Source: Flavobacteriales bacterium (lineage in GTDB: Bacteria > Bacteroidota > Bacteroidia > Flavobacteriales > Flavobacteriaceae). From it: 40,860 nucleotides of DNA. Below the pieces are notes generated by a model, which had not been told where the DNA came from, did no database searches, and saw only the letters and a program-made list of their open reading frames with translations. This document shows positions 1-8,208 of this stretch, piece after piece. The DNA lies in contig WGAP01000046.1 of NCBI GenBank assembly GCA_015494775.1, positions 1-40,860 of the forward strand, in the 5' to 3' direction. Positions within the stretch are counted from its first letter, which is position 1, and every line of letters starts with the position of its first letter. The position numbers and the translations under genes were made by a program.

Positions 1-618
1 AACGTCTCGTCCACACTGGTAGCGCTTTCGTCGGGGGCATTTTTTGCCGCCTTGCTCGAACCTTTGATTTACGGACGGCGTATCCAAAAACACGAAGTGT
101 TTTTCGGGCTGACCGTTATAGCGGGCATCGGCTTGATTTACGGCATCAGTCATATCAGGTTTTGGGCCTTGGCGGCGGCTTTGACGGCGGCTTTTTTGAG
201 TGCGCTTTTTTCGGTGTGGAACGGATTGCTCATCCGGCGTTATCCGGCGCGGGATTTGTCCTTTTTCGAACTGAGTTCGGGCTTTGTTTTGCTGAGCATC
301 ATCGTGCTCGCCACGGGGCATATTCCCCACCCTGCCGCCGTGCGCCCGCAGGACTGGCTTTGGTTGGTCATATTGGCTTGGGTGTGCACGTCCTACACCT
401 TTACGGTCTCCTTGGATTTGCTACGCCATATCAATCCGTTCAGCTTGATGTTGGCCATCAATATGGAACCGGTTTACGGAATCATTTTGGCCTTGCTCGT
501 GTTTGGCGAAAGCGAACGTATGCGACCCTCGTTTTATTTGGGCGCGGCGGTAATTATGGCCATTATCGTTTGGAATACTTATTTGAAAATGCAAGGAAAA
601 ACCAAAAGCGCCTCGTAA
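1..618 (+). CDS. DMT/EamA-family transporter, C-terminal part (5' end outside window)
   Basis: The frame is open from nt 1, and the ORF-track start at 52 is a TTG. The protein is strongly hydrophobic with several TM-like segments and an EamA-like stretch 'NMEPVYGIILALLVFGE'. Stop at 616-618. Confidence 0.6.
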   Translation, partial: NVSSTLVALSSGAFFAALLEPLIYGRRIQKHEVFFGLTVIAGIGLIYGISHIRFWALAAALTAAFLSALFSVWNGLLIRRYPARDLSFFELSSGFVLLSIIVLATGHIPHPAAVRPQDWLWLVILAWVCTSYTFTVSLDLLRHINPFSLMLAINMEPVYGIILALLVFGESERMRPSFYLGAAVIMAIIVWNTYLKMQGKTKSAS

Positions 619-660
619 TCGAAGCGCTTTGGATTCTAACCCCATATACCGTATCCCGGG

Positions 661-1341
661 CTAACGGCCGATTTTTTGAAAATAGGCCTTGTCGGTGGTT
701 TCCAACATGAAAATATACACGCCCCGGCCCGGTAGTGTTAGCGAAGTTTCCTCATTTTCAATATCGATTTTTTCCACCAAGCGCCCGCACAGGTCATAGA
801 TAAACAATACGGGATCGCGCTCCATCAGTTGATGGGACACATACAATTTTTCCCCGCTGAAAACAAAGGGTTGAATACCTGCTTTCACCGTTTCCACCGG
901 CAAAGTGGTGGATTGGAAACCATAGGTGCTGGCCGTGAGGTCGGCGCTTTGGCGGTTGCCGGCTTGATTGCGCAAAATGAGTTTAAAATCCAACAGTTGT
1001 GTGCCGTCGGGCAAAATGCCTTCGCCCGGAAAATTGTGTTGATTCAAATTAATCGTGCCCACGAATTTGTTTTGATTGCTATCCCAGGTGATGGTTTCCA
1101 ACGTAGCGGCATCGTTCCAATCATCGTTATACTGCTGACCGATTTGCGGACTGGTTTGATTTTGGTCCACCCACATATAGATATAAATGGTGGCGTCACC
1201 CTGAGGGTCGTAAATCGAATAATCGCCGTTGGCTCCGTAGCTCAATTCGACTACGCCAGGCGAAACATTGGTAATGGTCAGTTGGGCATGCAATACCATA
1301 CCCGAAAGACCCAATAAAAGCACAAGTAATTTTCGTTTCAT
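661..1341 (-). CDS. Small secreted protein with T9SS C-terminal sorting domain
   Basis: ATG at 1341 gives the signal peptide MKRKLLVLLLGLSGMVLHAQ; the longer ORF to 1368 starts on TTG. The last ~70 aa ('LYVSHQ...GVYIFMLETTDKAYFQKIGR') resemble a Por/T9SS CTD. It lies 13 nt downstream of the GH13 gene on the same strand. Confidence 0.7.
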   Translation of the reverse strand: MKRKLLVLLLGLSGMVLHAQLTITNVSPGVVELSYGANGDYSIYDPQGDATIYIYMWVDQNQTSPQIGQQYNDDWNDAATLETITWDSNQNKFVGTINLNQHNFPGEGILPDGTQLLDFKLILRNQAGNRQSADLTASTYGFQSTTLPVETVKAGIQPFVFSGEKLYVSHQLMERDPVLFIYDLCGRLVEKIDIENEETSLTLPGRGVYIFMLETTDKAYFQKIGR

Positions 1342-1354
1342 AGCAACAAAATTT

Positions 1355-4204
1355 TTAAGGTTGAACAATTAATTTCATAGTTTTTTGCCCCGCATTGCGC
1401 TGCACTTTGACCGAATAAATACCGGGCATCAGGTTTTGTAACCTTATGACCGTATTGGCAGAAATATTTTCCGTGGAAATCAGCATTTTACCCGAAATAT
1501 CATAAATCTCCAAACGGTCGGCCGGTTCGGACAACATGATATAATCTCGGGAAGGATTGGGATACAAATACATCGTAGGCAGCGAAACCGGTTTAACGGC
1601 CATTTGTGTGGGCTGGTTACCGAAAATACGGTATTCGCCCGGGCCCAAAGTAATGGGGTCATTGGTATTATTTACCGTGACGGATGAATTATCCATCAAA
1701 TTATACCAAGTACCCGTGTAAGGAAAATACGGAATAACATTGTGCTGAACCACATCGAAATTGGCTACAATAACCACATTTTTAAGCTGGCTGACCGGAA
1801 TATTGTCATCCCAAATATAGATTTTGGGCGTATAATCACCCGAAGTAATGGCATAATCGCCCTTGAACACGGGTTCGAACTTTTTGAGTGCCATCATCCT
1901 TGCCCAGTCATTATAAATAGCACTGCGATGCGGGTCGTGCAACCAATCGTTGACCCATTGCGGTTGGGGTTTGGTTTCCAAACGACAATTGGGATCCACC
2001 GTGCCGTCGGAACAAGTATTGATGGATTGGTCCATACCCAAATCCGAGAAATGCCAAATCATTTTCGGCCCGGGAATCAGTAACGAAACGGCTCCCAAGG
2101 CACGCATGCGGAACAGCGCCGTGTTCAAATCCGTAACATCGTGCGAGGCATTGGAACTGTTTCCGTATTGCAAGGCCTTGTACATAATGCGTTCTTCGTC
2201 ATGACTTTCGAAAAATCCCACAAGTCGTTTGCCTGCGAAGTTATGCGCCGAATGACCCATACCCGAAATGTCGCGGTTGCCGGATTGGCCCATCAGCAAT
2301 TCACCGTAAGAATCATTGTTTCGCCCCCAAAGCATAATGCCTTTGCCTTCGTTCAAACGGTAATCGGCCCATGTTTGCTCTTCCTGTGCATTGCCCAGGT
2401 GTTCGAATATGACGTAGCTATCGGGATCAATGCTCCAAGTATAATCCGCATAATGCTTCAAAATGTCCACGCGATCCTGCTGATAGCTGTTGGTGCAAGC
2501 TTCGTCGCCCGGGCTGCAATTCTGCGTAAATCCTTTGGTCAGGTCCCAACGGAAACCGTCCACATGGAAGGTTTGAATCCAATGCCGGATTACCCGTTCG
2601 GTATAATGCTGTGTGTAGGGCGAACTGTGGTTCAAATCGTAATCGATGCCATAGGCATGGGTGGCCTGCTGATTAAAGTAAGGATTATCGCTTGCCGGCG
2701 GCCCCCAACCGTCGCCGTCGGGGTCGGACATCCACATGCGCTCCATGGGATTGCGCCCCGTGGCGTGGTCCAAAGCAATGTCCAAAATGACGGCAATGCC
2801 ATGTTGATGAAACACATCCACCAGTTCCTGCAATTTTTCCTTGGGGCCGTAAAATTTGTCCAACGCCATGTGAAAGGCCGGATTGTAACCCCAACCCAAA
2901 TTACCTTCAAATTCCATAACGGGCATCAATTCGATGGCCGTAACATGCAGGTTGGCAAAATAATCCACCCTATCGATTAAATCCTGAAATGTGCGCGTGG
3001 AATCAAAATCACGAATAAGCACTTCGTAAATCAACAAATCTTCCTTGGCCGGACGTGTATATCCGGCATCGTGCCAAACGTAAGGCGTTTGCCCTGTTTT
3101 CAAAACCGTAACTTCACGCTCCTGACCCCAAGGATATTCGGGCATATTCGGGTAGTGGGAAGCCGGAATATACGGGTCATCGTAGGGCGAAAGCACCAAG
3201 GTGGAAAAAGGATCGGCCGTCTTGACCAACTTCGGCGAATCCGTAGGCGGATTTTGGTCGGCCACCCAATATTGATAAGTGTAGGCCGAATCGGGTACCA
3301 ATCCCGTAATTTCCACCCAAAATTTATCCGAAACGGGGTCTTTTTTCATCGCATAAGCATTCCCGGGCTGCCAATTGTTGAAACTGCCCGCCACATAAAC
3401 AAAATCCTTCCCCGGCGCCGTCAAAACCAAGGTGGCTTTTCCCGTATCGTTGGCATCGTAATTAATTCCGTCGTCCAGTCCGGCCGGCATGTTTTGCGAA
3501 ACGGTATTATCGACCAAAATCATAAAATGCTTGTGAATCTCGTGCGAACCCTGGGTTACCACCAGTTCGCAATATTGATTTTCGGTCAGATTCTGGAATA
3601 AATATCCGTTATAAAAATTGGTATTGTGCTGCGAATGAATAAGTGTTCCGTTGGCGTAAAGGTCATAGTCGGCATTGCCATTGGTGTTCTGCGCAAGGAT
3701 TTGCGTACCCCCGCCATTGTCCACCAAAATCACTCCCGAATCATCGGGATTAATCATCGTAACCTGAAACGCTCCCACATTAAGGATAAAATCCTGACAA
3801 CCGTTGTCCTTGTATTCCTGTGAGCCGTCTTCGTTTCGGAAAACCATGCCCATTTTGGTCATTTGTGCAGCTTCGGTGTCCGAGAGTCCGAAATAGGTTT
3901 TGGGCGTAATGGTAATGCTCCATGTTCCGTCGCCGTTATCGGTCATTTCGCCCACGCCGTCGTCCTGGCCCCAATTGCCCACCACATGCATCCAAGGATT
4001 GTTGTCGTCGCCAATTCCGGCGTGCATATACACTTTGTTCGGATTGTTCAAGTGATTGCAATCGGTGGCGGTGGTGTTTTCGTCAATGGTAATGGTAACG
4101 GGTTGGTCCACCTCGATGGGACTGGGAACCGTAACCACCGCTTGACCGAAGAGGGACAAACTCCACCCAATTAGTCCGAAAAATAAAAATGTTTTTTTGT
4201 TCAT
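1355..4204 (-). CDS. Secreted GH13 alpha-glucan hydrolase (amylase/pullulanase type) with CBM48-like domain and T9SS C-terminal sorting domain
   Basis: ATG start with signal peptide MNKKTFLFFGLIGWSLSLFGQ. E-set/CBM48-like 'FVYVAGSFNNWQP'. GH13 regions 'VILDIALDH', 'GFRWDLTKG', 'VIFEHLG' and 'FFESHDEER'. C-terminal 'LYPNPSRDYIML...PGIYSVKV...KLIVQP' resembles a T9SS CTD. Confidence 0.9.
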   Translation of the reverse strand: MNKKTFLFFGLIGWSLSLFGQAVVTVPSPIEVDQPVTITIDENTTATDCNHLNNPNKVYMHAGIGDDNNPWMHVVGNWGQDDGVGEMTDNGDGTWSITITPKTYFGLSDTEAAQMTKMGMVFRNEDGSQEYKDNGCQDFILNVGAFQVTMINPDDSGVILVDNGGGTQILAQNTNGNADYDLYANGTLIHSQHNTNFYNGYLFQNLTENQYCELVVTQGSHEIHKHFMILVDNTVSQNMPAGLDDGINYDANDTGKATLVLTAPGKDFVYVAGSFNNWQPGNAYAMKKDPVSDKFWVEITGLVPDSAYTYQYWVADQNPPTDSPKLVKTADPFSTLVLSPYDDPYIPASHYPNMPEYPWGQEREVTVLKTGQTPYVWHDAGYTRPAKEDLLIYEVLIRDFDSTRTFQDLIDRVDYFANLHVTAIELMPVMEFEGNLGWGYNPAFHMALDKFYGPKEKLQELVDVFHQHGIAVILDIALDHATGRNPMERMWMSDPDGDGWGPPASDNPYFNQQATHAYGIDYDLNHSSPYTQHYTERVIRHWIQTFHVDGFRWDLTKGFTQNCSPGDEACTNSYQQDRVDILKHYADYTWSIDPDSYVIFEHLGNAQEEQTWADYRLNEGKGIMLWGRNNDSYGELLMGQSGNRDISGMGHSAHNFAGKRLVGFFESHDEERIMYKALQYGNSSNASHDVTDLNTALFRMRALGAVSLLIPGPKMIWHFSDLGMDQSINTCSDGTVDPNCRLETKPQPQWVNDWLHDPHRSAIYNDWARMMALKKFEPVFKGDYAITSGDYTPKIYIWDDNIPVSQLKNVVIVANFDVVQHNVIPYFPYTGTWYNLMDNSSVTVNNTNDPITLGPGEYRIFGNQPTQMAVKPVSLPTMYLYPNPSRDYIMLSEPADRLEIYDISGKMLISTENISANTVIRLQNLMPGIYSVKVQRNAGQKTMKLIVQP

Positions 4205-4229
4205 CGTATATACTTTTTATTCCATTTCA

Positions 4230-4922
4230 TTATTGGGAGCGCACTAACAAATAGGCACTTTCAATGGTAACATGGTCGCCCTGATTGGGATTTTCCATCC
4301 AAGCGAACAAATGAATTTCATAGGCATGCGTACCGGCATTCCAGGGCCGCCAATCGCTTGTGGCCACCCCGCCGGTTTGTGTGGAAGCAAAAACGCCGAA
4401 ATCGGTCCAAACAATGGGCCAATCTTCGTGCGTATCATCATGGGCACGCAATTGGAAACGTGCCGAGCCCTGAATGGACGAATAACGGATAACCAATTTT
4501 ACTTCCAAATTTCCTTGGCTGTTGAAAAAAATAGGTTCCAATGCGGCATCGTAACCCGAAACATCTTGTCCGTTGCCTGTGGTTACATTCACCTGATTGT
4601 TGTCGATGCAAATCACGTGGACGTTTTTGGTTTGCGGGACCAATTTAATCCATTTGTTTCCATCAAAAAAATAAAATCCCGTTCCGTCGCCACCGGTCAG
4701 GGAAGCATTGGTATTGTAAACGAGCAAACCCGTAGCCGCCCTGTTTGTTCCGTCAAGGGTGGTATCGGAAACATTGTTCAAGGCCACACGGGGGATCAAC
4801 ATCCCCTTGTCGGTGGCCGACACATCCAATTGCGCCGAATTGTCGGGCGTGCCGCCAATGCCTACCTGGGCATAGAATGCCAAGGATAGGAACAATAATG
4901 ATATGAAAAAATATTTTTTCAC
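4230..4922 (-). CDS. Hypothetical secreted protein (uncharacterised Bacteroidota family with N-terminal 'VGIG...LDV...GxLIPR' motif)
   Basis: GTG start with signal peptide MKKYFFISLLFLSLAFYAQ. The sequence is non-repetitive with normal composition. It sits between the SusE/F-like gene and the GH13 gene on the same strand. Confidence 0.6.
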   Translation of the reverse strand: MKKYFFISLLFLSLAFYAQVGIGGTPDNSAQLDVSATDKGMLIPRVALNNVSDTTLDGTNRAATGLLVYNTNASLTGGDGTGFYFFDGNKWIKLVPQTKNVHVICIDNNQVNVTTGNGQDVSGYDAALEPIFFNSQGNLEVKLVIRYSSIQGSARFQLRAHDDTHEDWPIVWTDFGVFASTQTGGVATSDWRPWNAGTHAYEIHLFAWMENPNQGDHVTIESAYLLVRSQ

Positions 4923-4930
4923 GTTGATTA

Positions 4931-4963
4931 TAAAAATCCGGCCGGCCTTTTCATTCCGGCCGG
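4931..4963 (-). terminator. Rho-independent-type terminator after the SusE/F-like gene
   Basis: A 9-bp perfect stem (TCCGGCCGG at 4936-4944, CCGGCCGGA at 4955-4963) encloses a 10-nt loop. On the minus strand it is followed by TTTTT (4931-4935). It starts 8 nt after the stop codon at 4971. Confidence 0.55.
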
Positions 4964-4970
4964 AATAGGT

Positions 4971-6290
4971 TTACTGCCAAGCAAGAATTTCAATCGTAGG
5001 CGGACTTACCGTGAAATCCACCGTGATATTGTAAGTCCCGGCATTGACGGGAATATTGGCACCGTTGGCTTCGAGGGTGCCGTCGTTGCCGTCGTCGCCG
5101 TAATTATTGGCCCAATCGTCGTTGAGCCGGATTTTGATTTCACCGGCCGACAAATCCACGCCGTTCAAATACCACCGGCCGGGATGCGTGCCGAAATCGG
5201 GCAAAAATTTAATGTCGGGCCCGTTCCAACCGTTGGGCGTGGCACTTCCCACCAAGCCCCACAAATCACGCGGCTCGATGGTATAGGTGCCGTGGTTGAA
5301 GTCCACGGTGATGATATAATTACCTGCCGCAACGGGAATATTGGCGCCATTGGCATCCAAAGTGCCGTCGGCCCCGTCATCGCCGAAATTGGTCGTCCAA
5401 TCGTTGTTGAGCCGGAATTTTATTTCGCCGTTGGTCAGGGTTACGGCCGCCTTCCAATTGTCGCCATAGGGGTTGTAGTGTAATGCCAAATCGGGACCGT
5501 TCCAACCGCCCGGCGTGGCACTGCCCACAATACCCCAAAAATAGGACTCGATGGTGTAGGTCATATTATTGAAATCCAAGGTAATTTTGTAGTAGCCGGC
5601 CGAAACGGGAATATTGGCGCCATTGGCATCCAAAGTGCCGTCGCCGTTGTCGTCGCCGTAGTTTTCGGTCCAATCGTTGTTTTTCCTGAACTTGATTTCG
5701 CCCGACTTCAACCGCACATAAGCTACGATAACGCCTTGGGTCGATGTCCGGTAAAACGGCAAATCGGGAATGGGTGCTCCTGACCATCCGCCGGGTGTGG
5801 CACTTCCCACCACACCCCATTCGGTGGATAAATCCAAAACCGACGAATAAGGCGTAACCCGTAGTGTCATCACTTGCGACGAAACGGATTTGCTATCGCT
5901 TAGTTTGCCCACCACTTTGATTTCCACATCGGCCGGTTGTCCGGCTTGCAGGCCCAGCGTGAGTAATTTATTGTTCAATGCTTCGCCCTTGAAGGTGTAG
6001 GACAAATCCGTTCCCACGCTCACGGTTTGGGCGGAGGCGAAATTATTGCCCGCCACATCCAACAGGATGTTATACGTGATTGCCGCCGGAAAACCGACAT
6101 CGGGCTTGTCCCACGAAACGGTCAACACATCATTATCAGCCAAACTATCGGCCAAAATCAATTGTACCGTGGATAATCGGGCCTGGATTTTCGCGTCGGG
6201 ATTGAGCGTTACGAATTCCCGTTTTTCACAGGAAAAGACCATCATCAATCCCGTAAATATCAATAAGGATTTAAGCCAAATATTTTTCAT
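4971..6290 (-). CDS. SusE/SusF-like outer-membrane starch-binding lipoprotein with three tandem binding modules
   Basis: ATG at 6290 (position 6296 is TTG). Lipobox 'GLMMVFSCEK'. Three ~90-aa repeats each carry 'WG(V/I/L)VGSATP(G/N)GW...GEIK(F/I)R.N(N/D)DW..N(Y/F)GDD..DGTL(D/E)ANGANIPV'. It lies immediately downstream of susD. Confidence 0.8.
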   Translation of the reverse strand: MKNIWLKSLLIFTGLMMVFSCEKREFVTLNPDAKIQARLSTVQLILADSLADNDVLTVSWDKPDVGFPAAITYNILLDVAGNNFASAQTVSVGTDLSYTFKGEALNNKLLTLGLQAGQPADVEIKVVGKLSDSKSVSSQVMTLRVTPYSSVLDLSTEWGVVGSATPGGWSGAPIPDLPFYRTSTQGVIVAYVRLKSGEIKFRKNNDWTENYGDDNGDGTLDANGANIPVSAGYYKITLDFNNMTYTIESYFWGIVGSATPGGWNGPDLALHYNPYGDNWKAAVTLTNGEIKFRLNNDWTTNFGDDGADGTLDANGANIPVAAGNYIITVDFNHGTYTIEPRDLWGLVGSATPNGWNGPDIKFLPDFGTHPGRWYLNGVDLSAGEIKIRLNDDWANNYGDDGNDGTLEANGANIPVNAGTYNITVDFTVSPPTIEILAWQ

Positions 6291-6308
6291 AATCAATCTT
6301 TTTAGAAA

Positions 6309-8198
6309 TTAATATCCCGGATTTTGATGCAAATTCGGATTGACCGACAAGGCATTGGGCGGCAAGGGGAACAGTTTACGATAATCGTCCACCGCCGTTC
6401 CGTTGGGGTCGTTGCCCTTGAAGGGCCATAGGTAAGAACCCGAAGTAAAATATCCGTAACGTATCAAATCCGTCCGGCGCAATCCCTCCCAATAGAGTTC
6501 ACGCGAACGTTCGTCGAGTATAAAATCCAGGGTTAAATCGGCGGCCGTAATATTGCCGCTGGTATCGCCATAGGCGCGTTCGCGCAACTCGTTGATTTTG
6601 TCCACCGCGGTAGCCACACTGCCTCCGCCTCCGCGAAGAACGGCCTCGGCATAATTCAGGTATATTTCGGCCAAACGGATGAGCGGCAGGTCGGTATCGA
6701 CAAAATTGCCCGAAGGGTCGCTGCCGGGCGTTCCGTCGGATTTGATGTTTTTGAATTTGGTTACGGCATAACCGTCGTTAAAATTGGTAACATCGGATAT
6801 TTCCAAACTTTGACCCTGAGTAAAGAACATGGCCCGGCTGTCGGTATGAAAGGGCTGAATCACATAGGTCAAATTGCCCAGATCCATTTCCACATAGTAG
6901 GTTCCGTCGGCCGGAATGGCAATATTGGCTCCGCCGGGTTCGAGCGTGCCGTCGGCTCCGTTGTCGCCGTAATTTTGTCCCCAGTCTTCGTTGTAGCGGA
7001 ATTTGATTTCGCCCGCCGTCAATTGCACATAAACCGCATAGCGGTTTCCACCCAAATCATGCATTTCCACGTCGGGGCCGGTCCAACCGTTGGGCACCGA
7101 ACTTCCCACAATGCCCCAATCCGTAAGCGGGCCCAAGGCATTGTTGAGCGCACTCAAATCCACACTGAATTTATTGACCAAATTTTTGGTGGTGCGCAAG
7201 CCGTACCAACCGCCGTTGATACCGAAATCGGCCGGATTCATTTGTCCGCCCACGGCGGCATGTACCAAAAAAGTGGTTCCGCCCCAGGTTTGGGAATGTA
7301 ATCCGTCGAAGTTGAGTCCGAAAATGATTTCGTTTTGCGCGCCGTTGGTATTATTGTCGGCCAGGAACAATTCATCATAGGCCGAACCGTTTCCGTTGGC
7401 ATCGTTGGTATTGATGCTGTATGTAGAATTCATCACCTTTTCGGAATAAATCACACAATCATTGTATCGCGGTGTGCCGATAAAACTCTCGGCATTCAAA
7501 TACAAGCGCGAAAGTAAGGCCCAAGCCGCCACGCGGTCAACCCGACCGTATTCGTTGGCCCCGCTGGGTTTGAGTTTATCTTGTATATCCAACAATTCGT
7601 TTTCGACAAATTGGAATATTTCCTGCCTTGACGCTTGCCGGGGCAAATCGGTGGTTACATGCGTTACCAACGGAACGCTTCCGTATAAATCCATCAGGTT
7701 ATAGTAGGCATAAGCCCGGATAAAACGTGCTTCGGCAATGAAAGATTTCACTTCGGGATCATCGGCCAGCGCTTGTGCATTTTCGATAAACGAATTGGCG
7801 AACGAAACCGTTTGGGCCAAGCGGTAATACATGGCATCGGTAAAATCATTGCCTGCGGCCCAATACATACCGTGCAAATCCTGCAAGCCCGGGTCGCCCC
7901 AAGCAATGACGGCATGGTCGGTGGTGAGTTCGTTCAGATTGAACAACATCCGGCTGAATTGCGAAAAACCCTCATCAATATCCGAAATATCGGGCTGGCC
8001 CGCCGGACCTTGCTGTCCCGTCAAGGCCAAGCTGGCATACACTTTGGCCAAGGCGCGTTTGGCCTGTTGGGCATTGGCAAACACATCCTTTTCGGTAAAA
8101 CTGTCCGGATCGATAGGGTCCTGATTCAAATCCTTGTGACAAGCCGTCACAAGTAATCCCAATGATAAAATCAACCAAAAGAAATATAGGCGTTTCAT
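6309..8198 (-). CDS. susD: SusD/RagB-family nutrient-binding outer-membrane lipoprotein (with inserted SusE/F-type module)
   Basis: ATG start, lipobox 'LLVTACHKD' and the typical SusD-family C-terminal end '...NPNLHQNPGY'. It starts 10 nt downstream of susC. The insertion spans aa ~361-449 (see findings). Confidence 0.85.
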   Translation of the reverse strand: MKRLYFFWLILSLGLLVTACHKDLNQDPIDPDSFTEKDVFANAQQAKRALAKVYASLALTGQQGPAGQPDISDIDEGFSQFSRMLFNLNELTTDHAVIAWGDPGLQDLHGMYWAAGNDFTDAMYYRLAQTVSFANSFIENAQALADDPEVKSFIAEARFIRAYAYYNLMDLYGSVPLVTHVTTDLPRQASRQEIFQFVENELLDIQDKLKPSGANEYGRVDRVAAWALLSRLYLNAESFIGTPRYNDCVIYSEKVMNSTYSINTNDANGNGSAYDELFLADNNTNGAQNEIIFGLNFDGLHSQTWGGTTFLVHAAVGGQMNPADFGINGGWYGLRTTKNLVNKFSVDLSALNNALGPLTDWGIVGSSVPNGWTGPDVEMHDLGGNRYAVYVQLTAGEIKFRYNEDWGQNYGDNGADGTLEPGGANIAIPADGTYYVEMDLGNLTYVIQPFHTDSRAMFFTQGQSLEISDVTNFNDGYAVTKFKNIKSDGTPGSDPSGNFVDTDLPLIRLAEIYLNYAEAVLRGGGGSVATAVDKINELRERAYGDTSGNITAADLTLDFILDERSRELYWEGLRRTDLIRYGYFTSGSYLWPFKGNDPNGTAVDDYRKLFPLPPNALSVNPNLHQNPGY

Positions 8199-8208
8199 AA
8201 TTTACATT

